Shown here piece after piece: positions 43,793 to 54,976 of a stretch of 64,000 bases of DNA. The notes under the pieces are model-generated. The model saw nothing but the letters and a program-made list of their open reading frames with translations. It was not told the origin of the DNA and did no database searches. Origin of the DNA: a plasmid; the sequence record NZ_CP123987.1; one strand, written 5' to 3'. The translations under genes were made by a program, and so were the position numbers. Numbering within the stretch: position 1 is the stretch's first letter; each line of letters begins with the position of its first letter.

Positions 43793-46700
43793 ATGCTTAA
43801 CAAGAATAATCATTATGGCAAACAACTTGCTAATACTCCACATACACCTCGCTACGCTCTTAGAAGGCTTAAAGTTGGACTTGTTTCAGTCGCTCTTGGA
43901 ACTGTCTTTTTCTTTACACCACAAGCTCTAGCTGATACAACTAGTGGAGTTGATACGAGTACAGACCCTTCTACATTAACCACTACTAATGCAGCTGAAA
44001 ATCACACAACTAATGCTTTGAGTAGTGCTAATGCTGCCAACAAAGTCAGTTTAACTAATACTACTTCAAAGAATACAGTCCAGGCATCTTCTACTTCCAA
44101 TAACACTGAAACTGTTACAAATATATCCACGCCGACTACTACAAGTGGAACAGAAAACAATACTGCTAATACTCAAAGTAGCAACACCAATGCTATCGAA
44201 AATAACACAGCTACCGATACTACAATAAAAGCTAATAATAGTAAGGTTCAATCGAAGCTACAAGCTACTCCAAGTAATACTAGTGCTTCAATCAGTGATA
44301 ACAACACTAATCAAGTAACACTTTCTCATGGTCAAGCACAAGGACAACGTGTCGTTAATATTACTACTGACGCTACTAGTGGGGACACTTTTACAATTGA
44401 AGTACCTTACATTTTTACAGCCACAAACAATGCTAATGGAGATCTCTTCTCTGCAGAGACGAAACTTACTCCCGTAAATAATCCTGCTTTTATTTCGAGC
44501 AAACCGCTCTTTAATACTACTTTTATTTATCATATTAAAAATGTTAATGGAAATATTTCATTTAACGTCAATTTATTACCACAGTTACGTGACTGGGCTC
44601 TATTAAAACCCGGTCAAGTATTCAAATTAACAGTAGCTCGCAATAATCAACAGGTAGGCGATATCACTTACACAATTGGCCCACAACCTTTAATAAATGA
44701 TGTAACGATTACCTTTGATCATAATCAAAGCAACAACTTACTTCCTAACCAGACATATATGGTAGGAATTGGACTACCTAATGATGGAGTAAATGACGGC
44801 GATAACTTCACTGGAACAATTAAGGTTGATGTTCCAGATGGATTTGTCTTTGATTCTAGCCGTTCTAATGGCGTGGTTACCGGTTCTAATATTGGTGACG
44901 ATTTAGGTATGTTTAATACTTTAGGTTCGATGGAAGGGATATCCATCAGTCAAGAAGCTGCTGGAAAACCTATTATCATTGAATATAACCGTACAAAATC
45001 TGAATTAGGTAAAGGATTCATCCTTCTTTACGGTCACTACACTAAGAATATTGATGCTAGTCAAAACACTTTCACAGCTACAGTAACAGCAACAACAACT
45101 AATGCAGATGGCGATAAAGCAAACTATGATGGATCAATTCAAACAATTACCAAGAGTCGTAATATTAGTATGCCAGTAGAAAATCCGGCTCGAAATTCTC
45201 TCGACTCTTCATTTGCTATTGGGGAAAACAATATTTATCGTGACCAGGTCAATCCAGATGGTAGTCATAGATCTGATGATCCAAAGTTAACATATGGGGC
45301 ACAACGTCGGATTGAAATTATCAATAATGGAAACCAAACTCAACAAGATGTTACTACCCATATCAATCTAGAACCTGGAACAGTACTTGTTAAGTTAAGT
45401 AATGGAAAATATGGATTGCTACTAAATTCTTCAGATATCAACAAACCAAAGTCAATAGTAGCTACTCTCGAGGACGGAAGAAAAGTAAATATTCCTATTA
45501 ATATCTCTACTTTCAGCGATGGTCGTAGTATTGGCTATGCTGCACTAATTACTTCTGACTTAGTTAATTCAGGAGTAAATGCAGACGGAACAAATATTAC
45601 TTCTCTTGATGTTACCTATACTTCACTGGAACCAGGAACAAAATTAGAAATTTCTTTTGGAAATAACGGTTTGATTTCTGACAAGAAACCTGGAGAAGTT
45701 GCTACTTACTCCTATACAGTAACCTCTGCTAATGGAGCTAGTCATAACGGAGTTCAATCTATTCCGATTGCCGATCCAAAGGGGTTTCAATATCAATTTA
45801 CTGGTTGGATTAACTTTGCTGGTGGCGATTACCAACCCAACAGTGAAAATGGTGGAAATATTGCCAAAATTTCCTATACTCTTCAACACGTTAATTATTC
45901 AGATGAAGCAAGTTCTTACCTAATTGAAATTCCTAGAGGATTCACTGTTAACCCAAGTGATCTTCGTCTCTTTCAAAATAATAAAGAAGTAAAAGATGGA
46001 AAGATTGAATATTTAGGGACTGTTGGAGAACACGGGGAACAAACTTTTGTTATTTCTCTCCCATTCATGCCCTTTTACGGAATTCCAGTTTATGTGAAGG
46101 ATGCTAATAACCAAGACTTAACCATAACGGCAACACCTAACCAAGCACCTGCGAACTACTCATATGCTCCAACTTTGGTTGATACTAATCCTTTAATTGC
46201 TGAAATTGTAACAGATAAGAATAAATTTACTCCAGTTTCATACCAAGCGTTCCATACTATTACTCGTGGTAATCAGACCTTTACTATTCTTAATATGCCT
46301 GGTTTCGGCCCAAACTGGGTTAACTATTCTTTTAGTTATGCTTCAACTTATAGTAGTTTTGATTCAATTCGTTCTAATGGCGATTATATTCAAGCTGGTG
46401 ACAGCTTAACTAATCCACCTAAATTAAACTATATTCAAAACGGCCAAGTGGATAACACCAACGGAAGTCTTAAACTTAATACTTATTTATCTGATCTTGG
46501 AAAATCTGATTGCAGTTATAACCTAGTAAATTTACCAGACGTTGCACTTGGGGATAATACAACTATTTCACTTACTGGACAAGGAACAATCAGTGAAAAT
46601 AGGAACGGAGAAAATGTACAGCTTCTTTACTCTACGAAACATATTAACAAAACTGAAGCTCTCACTGAAGATGACTTCAAAGACTTTATAACTGCTGATA

Positions 46701-48306
46701 AAGTTACAGATTGGTCTGCTATTAAAACTGTACTCCTAAAAGCTGGTACTCTTACTAGTCCAGGAAATATCACTGCTGAATTGCCGTTCAAAGTTACTGA
46801 GATGAAAGATGGAGAGATTAATACTAACGTAATCTTCAACACTAACTTCACTGGTTTTCATAATGCAATTACTCATAGTAATCCACAACTAGCACTTAAT
46901 GTGCAACGTTATATCAACGTTACTACCAAATGGGTAGACGATGATACTGATCAAGAGCTAGCTCCAAGTACTACCCAAATGGTACGCTCTGGCGATACTT
47001 ACCAAACTATCGCTAAGCCAGCTGATCTTAATCCAAATTATCGTCTTGAACGTGTAGAAGGAAATCAATATGGAGTTACTGGTGCTAATGATCTTATTGT
47101 TACTTACCATTACAAGGCTCTAACAGATGACTCGTTAAAAGAAAGCAAATCCATAACTAGAACTATTAACTATGTGGTTAATGATGGTCAAGTCCAAGCT
47201 CCAGATACGGTAGTCCAAGCTGTTACTCTCATTCGCCATGGAAGTAAGAACTTGGTAACTGGTAATATAACTTGGGGACAATGGAGTGATGATCAATGGA
47301 ATGAAGTTGTTTCTAAAACAGTTAAGGATATCACCCAGATAAAGAATCTGTAGCTCAACAAAAAGTAACAACAAACACTGATAATACAACAATAACTGTA
47401 CACTATATTAAGAATCCGATTGTATCTTCTACTGAAAGCAAGACTGTTAAACGTACTATTAACTATCTCGTTGATGGCAATGAAGTTTCTGCTCCAGATT
47501 CCGTAAACCAAGAGTTCACCTTCTCTCGTGATGTATTCACTGATACCATCACTGGTGATGTTACCTACGGTAACTGGAACGTCGATAATACTTCTTTTGA
47601 AGCTGTCGATTCTCCTTCATTGAAGGGTTATACTCCGGATCTTAAATCTGTTACGGCTTTAACTGTTACTCCAGATACTAAGGACACAGTCATTACTGTT
47701 ACTTATACTAAGAATCCAATTGTAACTTCTACTGAAAATAAGACGGTTAAACGTACTATTAACTATCTCGTTGATGGCAATGAAGTTTCTGCTCCAGATT
47801 CCGTAAACCAAGAGTTCATCTTCTCTCGTGATGTATTCACTGATACTGTCACTGGTGATGTTACCTACGGTAACTGGAACGTCGATAACACTTCTTTTGA
47901 AGCTGTCGATTCTCCTTCATTGAAGGGTTATACTCCGGATCTTAAATCTGTTGCGGCTTTAACCGTTACTCCAGATACTAAGGACACAGTCATTACTGTT
48001 ACTTATACTAAGAATCCAGTTGAAGTTCAACCAACTCCTAAACCAACAGAATCGGTTGACTCAAATAAGACTGATCCTGCTGATTCAACAAATACAATGA
48101 CAAAACATGTTAACTCAACTACAGTAACTGCTAAATCACAAATAATAAATCAAGTTGTTCCTTCCCAACCAGTTACAAAATCTAAGAAACTTCCACAAAC
48201 TGGTGAAGAACATAATAGTTTAGCTACTATCGGTCTCTTAATACTTTCATTAGCAACTGGCCTTGGTTTAAAGAAACGAAAAAAAATTAATCTTTTAATT
48301 GATTAG
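43793..48306 (+). pseudogene. very large LPXTG-anchored surface adhesin with MucBP-like repeats; reading frame broken by a 1-nt deletion in a C-run (47334-47336)
   Basis: KxYKxGKxW-like signal peptide, then a Ser/Thr/Asn-rich region. The 1186-aa ORF ends 'VKDITQIKNL*' but the -1 frame continues 'PDKESVAQQKVTT...' into the 47620..48306 ORF, which ends with 'LPQTGE', a hydrophobic stretch and 'KKRKK'. Confidence 0.8.
47400..48017 (+). repeat. two near-identical 300-bp tandem repeats (about 100-aa modules) within the adhesin
   Basis: 47411-47710 and 47711-48010 align base for base with only a few mismatches; a third copy begins at 48011 and then diverges. Confidence 0.85.
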
Positions 48307-48310
48307 ATAC

Positions 48311-48341
48311 AAAAAAGACGCCTAGAAAGCGTCTTTTTTTG
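48311..48341 (+). terminator. rho-independent terminator of the adhesin gene
   Basis: 'aagacgc ctagaaa gcgtctt' followed by T8. Confidence 0.7.
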
Positions 48342-48372
48342 TACCCTTTTTCTTCAGTTGCTTTTTACTACC

Positions 48373-48410
48373 TAAAAAAACATCATCTCAAACTAGTTTT
48401 GAGATGACGC
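48373..48410 (-). terminator. rho-independent terminator of fbp
   Basis: 'tcatctcaaa ctag tttgagatga' stem; T7 on the minus strand. Confidence 0.6.
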
Positions 48411-48415
48411 TCTAT

Positions 48416-50395
48416 CTAATCATAATTTCTCAATAAATTATACAAAACTCTAATTTTTTCTTTAATATTTTCACCAATATCAGTATCCGCAACTGATTTT
48501 CGTTGTAATTCATGCTTTACCACTCGAACCGTTGAAACGATATCTTTCCCGCTTCTAATAGCATCTTGTTTTGAAGTAAATGGTTGATGCGAAACTAGTT
48601 GCAAGCCATATGAATTATACAATAATGTATATCCAGCGATCCCTGTTGTTGGCTGATAGGCTTTGGAGTATCCTCCATCAATTACCAACATATAACCCTC
48701 TGCGCAGATTGCATTATGTCCCCTTTTAACTGGAGTGTGACCATTGATAATATGATTAGTATCATCGCCAGTAAATCCAAATTCTTGTAAAATTTTGATG
48801 CAGAAATCCTTATTTTCCCTTAATTTATAATATGGATTCTTTACTTCTTCATGACAAGCTTTATCTGCAATAAAATAACGTTCAAAAGTAGTCATAGATT
48901 TCTTACCGAACAGTGGGGAAAGAGCTCCTTGCCATAAATACCACATAAAATCAGTGGCAAAATCATCTTTTACATTTGGATTAGAGTAAGCTTTTCGAAT
49001 CATTTTTTCAGAAAAATCAAACAATTTTTTGCCAGAATATTCTTTACTACCAATCTTCAAGCTACAGAAATTTCCTTCTTCATCTGCAGGAATACATCCA
49101 TGGAATAAGAGATTGCCATTATATGTACGGTACATACTACCTTTATTCATCATAAAATCTAGATGACGTTTTAATTTTGTAGAATGTTGAATGGAAATTA
49201 ATAATTCATCTACAATCGCATTTTCTTCATCTGTTAATTCACTAGGATTTTTAGGGTCTACAGTGTTGAAACAAGTATTTTGTAACGGATATTCTTTACC
49301 ATTTAAACTAATTACATTTTTCTTGTAATCTATCTTATTAAGTAAATCTCGATCATCCATTTCCAATTCTGGTCTTCTAGCTATAACTTTCCCTTCAAGC
49401 TTAAATTGCATCATCGCAACAGCTTGATGAATTTGCGTGATTTGTAGCTTTTCGCCGTTGAATCTATACCCATCACCATTAGTCAATTTAGGTCTAAATT
49501 GAGGATTATCCTCATATTGCTCCTCAGCAAATCTCGAAAGGTGACGTAAGTTAATCCCATAAGCATCTTCTATGATGTTCAAGTTATTATATCTTGCACA
49601 AATTCTCAATAAATTCAACATACATAGTTTTGAGCCTGCCATTGCACCTAGCCATAGTAAATCATGATTTCCCCATTGCATATCGACAGAATGATAATTC
49701 ATCAATCTATCCATAATTTTGTCTGGTTCTTCTCCCCTATCGTAAACATCGCCCAGAACATGTAAGTGATCTACTACTAATCTTTGAATTGTGTAACAGG
49801 TAGCAATAATAAATTTACCTGCTTGATCTAATTTCAAAATATTCTTCAAAAGTTGATTAATATAACTTCTCTTATTAAATTCTTGTGGATCGTTATATAA
49901 TAATTCTTCTGTTATGTATACAAAATTAGGATTTAGTGCTTTACGAACCTTTGAGCGCGTATACTTGCTTCCTGATAATTCTAAAAATTCTAATAAGTGG
50001 GAAATGTTATCTAAGTACCATTGTTGTAGCTCATTTTCTGTACGTAATTTTTTCTTTACTAGAGCCAATTCATCTTCAGGATAGTAGATTAGCAAAGCAA
50101 AATCTTGCATCGTTTGTTCTGTCATTCTATCTGAAAAGTAATCTTGAATTTTCTGTTTAATACTCCCAGAACCATTTCTTAAAACGTGATCAAATGCTGT
50201 ATACTCCCCATGCAAATCACTTACAAAGTGTTCAGTTCCCTTTGGAAGATGCAAAATTGCTTCCAAGTTCATAATTTCGGTAATCACATCTTGTTTCGTA
50301 GGATATTTTTCTTTTAATAAGTTATGCGAATAAGCATTCATGTCAACTTGCTTATTTACTAATTCTTCATTATCATCAAAATTCATCGCCATCAA
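48416..50395 (-). CDS. fbp: fructose-1,6-bisphosphatase class 3
   Basis: 659 aa; size and metallophosphoesterase-like 'GDVYDRG...GNHD' motifs of Firmicute FBPase III. Confidence 0.85.
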   Translation of the reverse strand: MMAMNFDDNEELVNKQVDMNAYSHNLLKEKYPTKQDVITEIMNLEAILHLPKGTEHFVSDLHGEYTAFDHVLRNGSGSIKQKIQDYFSDRMTEQTMQDFALLIYYPEDELALVKKKLRTENELQQWYLDNISHLLEFLELSGSKYTRSKVRKALNPNFVYITEELLYNDPQEFNKRSYINQLLKNILKLDQAGKFIIATCYTIQRLVVDHLHVLGDVYDRGEEPDKIMDRLMNYHSVDMQWGNHDLLWLGAMAGSKLCMLNLLRICARYNNLNIIEDAYGINLRHLSRFAEEQYEDNPQFRPKLTNGDGYRFNGEKLQITQIHQAVAMMQFKLEGKVIARRPELEMDDRDLLNKIDYKKNVISLNGKEYPLQNTCFNTVDPKNPSELTDEENAIVDELLISIQHSTKLKRHLDFMMNKGSMYRTYNGNLLFHGCIPADEEGNFCSLKIGSKEYSGKKLFDFSEKMIRKAYSNPNVKDDFATDFMWYLWQGALSPLFGKKSMTTFERYFIADKACHEEVKNPYYKLRENKDFCIKILQEFGFTGDDTNHIINGHTPVKRGHNAICAEGYMLVIDGGYSKAYQPTTGIAGYTLLYNSYGLQLVSHQPFTSKQDAIRSGKDIVSTVRVVKHELQRKSVADTDIGENIKEKIRVLYNLLRNYD

Positions 50396-50629
50396 CCCCT
50401 ATATTATGGTCATCAATATGGTTTTTACATTACGCCTTGAAAAGGTTTTTGTCAATACATTTTAATTATTTAATTACAAACACTTATTTATAAATATTAA
50501 AACTTATTTATATGTAAATTAACCATAACTAACACTTAATTAAATGCAAAATTTTAAAAAAATAAACTTACCTAGCATTTATCGAATTATATGCAGATCT
50601 CTTTACTCAATATTTAAGTTAATTATATA

Positions 50630-50678
50630 AAGATACCCTCAAAAGATTCTCTATAACGCTTTTGAGGGTATCTTTGTA
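50630..50678. repeat. perfect 17-bp inverted repeat 'AAAGATACCCTCAAAAG-N15-CTTTTGAGGGTATCTTT'
   Basis: Read directly from the sequence; 48 bp upstream of the XerD-like ORF; no flanking T-run. Confidence 0.6.
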
Positions 50679-50725
50679 TGTGATATAATTTCAGTAGTTA
50701 TAGTTGCAACGTAATTTTTAGTGAG

Positions 50726-51556
50726 GTGTTATATATGGAGTACCCTTATCGTGAAAAATTTCTATCTTGGGCTAAAGATGTTAAACATTATCGTGAAAGT
50801 ACCGTAATGTTGTACGATTATACCGTCAATAGTTTCTATAACTATTTTTATAGTCAATCAGAACATGGTAATGATATTCGTCTTGTCCGACCTCAAGATA
50901 TCACTAACTATCTTGTAAATATTCAAGAACAACATCATATTGTTGCTAATACTGCTAATAAATACTATTTTCACTTGAAAAAGTATTTTACTTTTCTCTA
51001 TAGTAATCAGTTGATTGATGAATATCCTTTAATCGATTTAAAAACTTACAAAGTCAATAAATACACTAATATTACACTTGGTTGGCAGCAATATCTACCT
51101 GAAATTTTCAAAATTGCGGAACTTTCTGATGATGCAAAATTAGAACTTTTTCTAATCTCTCAAAATATCGAACCAAAGGGATTACTTAATATTACTTTTG
51201 GACAGCTTCGAAACTTTAATACAGAAAATATTGGAATTTTGCTAGATAATATTGAAGTAAAACCTGATAATTATTTCGTATTCTCACTAAAAAACGATCC
51301 TGAAAAACCATTGAATTCGTTAAATTCATTATTAATGAGAGTTAGACCTGATGAAGAAATTTTGAATATGACACTAGCCCCTTCAAAATTAAGACAAAGT
51401 TATATTTACAATTATCTCCTTACTAATAAAGATAAATCCGAAATTGAACTTCTAGATCATCTTCATCTATCTATTAAGTCATTAGTATATTATCGTCAAA
51501 ACTTGCTCAATATTGACTTTAATAATTTTGTTTATGAAACTCCAAAAGAAAAGTAG
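50726..51556 (+). CDS. XerD-like tyrosine-recombinase homologue, probably catalytically degenerate
   Basis: The N-terminal part resembles the phage-integrase SAM-like core-binding domain. The C-terminal half shows no clear R..HxxR..Y catalytic set. Confidence 0.4.
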   Translation: MLYMEYPYREKFLSWAKDVKHYRESTVMLYDYTVNSFYNYFYSQSEHGNDIRLVRPQDITNYLVNIQEQHHIVANTANKYYFHLKKYFTFLYSNQLIDEYPLIDLKTYKVNKYTNITLGWQQYLPEIFKIAELSDDAKLELFLISQNIEPKGLLNITFGQLRNFNTENIGILLDNIEVKPDNYFVFSLKNDPEKPLNSLNSLLMRVRPDEEILNMTLAPSKLRQSYIYNYLLTNKDKSEIELLDHLHLSIKSLVYYRQNLLNIDFNNFVYETPKEK

Positions 51557-51591
51557 TTTTTGCCCTTTCTCATCATAAGGAGATAATTAAA

Positions 51592-51858
51592 ATGAAAAAA
51601 TATTTATTATTTATTTTATCTATTGTTGTTGCACTACTAACTTGGATTCCGAACACTCGTCTATTTTTAACGGATTCCAATATAGGAACTATTCTTATAT
51701 TAGTTTTGACTATTTTTGTATGTGTTTTTTCTGTAATTTATAATAAACACTCTCGTTCTCTTTGGTATATATTTTCTTTTATATTAGGATTAAGTCCTAT
51801 ACTATTTTTAATTTTCGTTGGTATTTTTTTAGCATTAGAAATGCCTTTTGCACCATGA
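51592..51858 (+). CDS. small membrane protein (88 aa)
   Basis: Three hydrophobic segments; AGGAG RBS. Confidence 0.3.
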   Translation: MKKYLLFILSIVVALLTWIPNTRLFLTDSNIGTILILVLTIFVCVFSVIYNKHSRSLWYIFSFILGLSPILFLIFVGIFLALEMPFAP

Positions 51859-51889
51859 TTAACTTTCAAGTAGAAACCGGAAAAATTTA

Positions 51890-51930
51890 AAAAATCGCCA
51901 AAGATTTGCACTAATCCTTGGCGATTTTTA
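51890..51930 (+). terminator. hairpin terminator
   Basis: 'atcgccaa...ttggcgat' followed by T5; long loop. Confidence 0.4.
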
Positions 51931-51964
51931 CTTGGCGTAAGCTATTAAATTTTATCTTAAGTAT

Positions 51965-52822
51965 TCAGTCAGATTCGCATCCAGAATCCTTAACCCATCT
52001 TTCAAAGATAGCGTCACGTCTTGCTTCTTTATCCTTCAACATTCCATGTGTTTGTAACCAAACGTTTTTCGCAAAATTCAGTACTGCTTGCTCATATGTA
52101 TTACCACCACAATCCAAAGCAATATCATGATAGTAAGTTGTTGCGTATGGGACATCAGTATCATCTAAAACATGATATCCACCCTCAGCCCACCATTCTA
52201 CTTTTCCACTTGTTTCACTAGAAGTTGGATAAATATCCATAAAGTTTAAATTCATGTGTGATGTCTCCCAGAAGACTCTATTCCCATGAACATTTTCTTT
52301 CCAGAAATTAGGATGTGTCCTAAGCCATTCATAAATTAATAGAAAATTTTCATGCGTAAAACTGTCTTCTTTGACTTTCTTATCCAAATTTTTCCATTCT
52401 TGGTACTCATCTTCTAGGTTCTTAACACTATAGTCACCATGGTGTCTGAAAATTAGGTGATTCTTTGTCCAAAAGAAATCATCGCTCAAATTTCCAAATT
52501 CTCCTTTTTCATTAAGATCTTCATCTTCAGGTTCACCAAATACTTCATGTGCTATTTCATCTGAAAACCAAACTTCTCCGTCATTATCAGCTTGAGAGTA
52601 GGCTTCCAAGAAAGAATCATATACATAATCTACTTTTCCTAAATTTTCCTTATATTCCAATGAATATCCTAATTCCTCACTAAAGTAGATCCCCCATTTA
52701 TCATGTTTATTCTTTAGGATGATACGTTCTTTTTCAAATAGTTTTAGGTAATTAGGTGATTCTTTTACAAAATTAGGTATATCATAATTCAAAAATTTTT
52801 CTTCCATGTCATTCATCCTCAC
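51965..52822 (-). CDS. hypothetical cytoplasmic protein (285 aa; acidic, Trp/Tyr-rich)
   Basis: ORF track; no family recognised. Confidence 0.35.
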   Translation of the reverse strand: MRMNDMEEKFLNYDIPNFVKESPNYLKLFEKERIILKNKHDKWGIYFSEELGYSLEYKENLGKVDYVYDSFLEAYSQADNDGEVWFSDEIAHEVFGEPEDEDLNEKGEFGNLSDDFFWTKNHLIFRHHGDYSVKNLEDEYQEWKNLDKKVKEDSFTHENFLLIYEWLRTHPNFWKENVHGNRVFWETSHMNLNFMDIYPTSSETSGKVEWWAEGGYHVLDDTDVPYATTYYHDIALDCGGNTYEQAVLNFAKNVWLQTHGMLKDKEARRDAIFERWVKDSGCESD

Positions 52823-53152
52823 TTGTTAATCTACAATAATCCTACCCTAATCTTTACGAAATAAAAATCTACCAGTGGTTTAATGGTAAAGAATATTCAA
52901 AAAATTTTTATTAATTATTATTTTTTAGAACGTTTTACTTTTGCAGCAACTAAGATAAGAAATAGTGGAATAATACCGGCAACTCACCCATATTTAAAAA
53001 TATCAATTATTCAATAGTAATAATACAATAAAAACTAGTATTGACTTTTTCATATGTACTCCTTAACTTCAAAATAAAAAATTAAGAAAAATCATTAAGT
53101 AAAAATATACTTTTTTAATTTGATTTTTCCTAACTTTCTTACTCTATTGATT

Positions 53153-53350
53153 TTAACGCTTTCTTTCATAACGTTTTGTTGTCACCAATGATTGATAGAC
53201 ATATCTTATACCTAGGTAAGTAAATAATATATCAATAATTGCAAATAAAAAATATCCTTTATCAAGAAAAATACTTCCTACTGCTATTGATAACATTACT
53301 AAACCGATATAAAAAGTATAATTTTTATAAAAATTTTTATTTATTTTCAT
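53153..53350 (-). CDS. small membrane protein (65 aa)
   Basis: Two TM segments; may be immunity-like. Confidence 0.2.
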   Translation of the reverse strand: MKINKNFYKNYTFYIGLVMLSIAVGSIFLDKGYFLFAIIDILFTYLGIRYVYQSLVTTKRYERKR

Positions 53351-53893
53351 ATATTACTCTCCATTTCTACTAATAACTTCAGCTAGATTTTTCCATTATA
53401 TAATTTCATTTCCTAGTTTTAATTTATCATATTCTCAAATCATCGTGCCTAAATTATCGAATTAGGTCTTTTTTAATACATATCTGGCTTAACCAAATAC
53501 GCTTTAAAAAGTTCATATTAGGCTTGAAAAATCATCCTATCTTTCATTTGAAATACAATAACTATAGGTAATTATCTTAAATAAGGATGTGAAAAAAGTG
53601 AATAAAAGAATAGACTACTTTATTGGTATAGCCAATATATGTACAGGAATCCTAATGTTGTTTAATAGTAATAACTTATATCCCTTAATTTTTTGTATGA
53701 TGGGATTAATTTCTATAATTGCAACTACATTGAAGAAGTGAATACTAACTTTTATCTAATTTTGTTTAACATATTTAGCGACCCATTACTTTATATTGTA
53801 AATATATTAATAATAGTCAATAAACATTTGCAAAGATAATCATGAGATGTCATATAAAGAGGGTTGGAATACCCTAAGTTCCAACCCTCTTTA

Positions 53894-54139
53894 TTAATTA
53901 TATTTTCTATTTTGTCTAATTTCTTTAATCAACATAACTATAAAAATCATTAATGTTCCCAATAAGATTAAACCTCTCATTGTTAACATAGGAGTTCGCA
54001 TAAGCCCATTTAAATTCAGTAATATTAACAATAGAAACCCTGCATACTTACTATTTCTCGTAAAATTCACTTTCAACCTTGAAATTACCATAAACCCTAC
54101 AATTAGCAATATAATAATACTTGTTTCTACCATGATCAT
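53894..54139 (-). CDS. small membrane protein (81 aa)
   Basis: Hydrophobic; lies directly downstream of the LytTR regulator. Confidence 0.25.
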   Translation of the reverse strand: MIMVETSIIILLIVGFMVISRLKVNFTRNSKYAGFLLLILLNLNGLMRTPMLTMRGLILLGTLMIFIVMLIKEIRQNRKYN

Positions 54140-54168
54140 TCACCACCTACACTAATAAACACAAAAAA

Positions 54169-54963
54169 TTAAACTGTTTTCAAATTATACCTTTCAATCA
54201 AACTTTTCATTTTAGCCTTACTTCTCCTAGGAAAAGTCTCCTTATATCCATCTTTAAAAGAAATACTCCTTGTTGACAGGTTAATTTCAACAATATTACT
54301 TGGATTAGCTAAACAAGATTGTGATATTTTTTCTAGAAAATCATTTTCTACCTCTAACTTCTTAATATCGCCTGTAAACTCACCCATACCATTAACTGTA
54401 ACTATTTTCAATCTATGTGACTTAGGAGTGGTAATAATATATAGAATATCATTGATATTTTCGTTAATAATTCTTCTGCCCATTTTATAGCTAAATGTCA
54501 TTTTCTTTATGGCATGAGATTCCCTAATTCTCCTTGCAGCTAATGATAAAGTCTCATTTAGTCGTTTTTGAATCACTTCATCATTATCATTTTTAGTAAT
54601 AAAATCCAATGCTCCAGTACGACGTCGATAAGTCATTGCTGCTAGATTTTCATAAGCTGTAATAAAAATTATCTGTGCATTTGGATCTTTTTGTCTAATA
54701 AATTCAGCTAAATCTATCCCATCTCTATCTGCTTTATCTTTACTAAGTTCAATATCTAAAAAATAAACTCCACTATCTACTTTGTTATCTTCCAAATAAT
54801 CGGCTACTTCAATATAACTATTAGCTTCCAAAGTTATTTTAAATTTTTTACCTTTACTGTCAGCAGAATCTTCTAAAGACCAAATAGCATATTTAACTAG
54901 ATCATGTATCCTTCTAACTTGATCCTTCTCATCGTCACAAATAATAATTCCATATTCTTCCAA
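54169..54963 (-). CDS. LytTR-family response regulator (AgrA/PlnC/AbpR-like)
   Basis: 264 aa; receiver domain plus C-terminal LytTR DNA-binding domain; immediately downstream of the HPK10-type kinase. Confidence 0.85.
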   Translation of the reverse strand: MEEYGIIICDDEKDQVRRIHDLVKYAIWSLEDSADSKGKKFKITLEANSYIEVADYLEDNKVDSGVYFLDIELSKDKADRDGIDLAEFIRQKDPNAQIIFITAYENLAAMTYRRRTGALDFITKNDNDEVIQKRLNETLSLAARRIRESHAIKKMTFSYKMGRRIINENINDILYIITTPKSHRLKIVTVNGMGEFTGDIKKLEVENDFLEKISQSCLANPSNIVEINLSTRSISFKDGYKETFPRRSKAKMKSLIERYNLKTV

Positions 54964-54976
54964 ATTAAACTACCCC

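Noticed and set aside
47620-48306. A separate 228-aa LPXTG protein
   Set aside because: The frame is open upstream to about 47337 and continues the adhesin repeat pattern; it is the C-terminus of the frameshifted adhesin.
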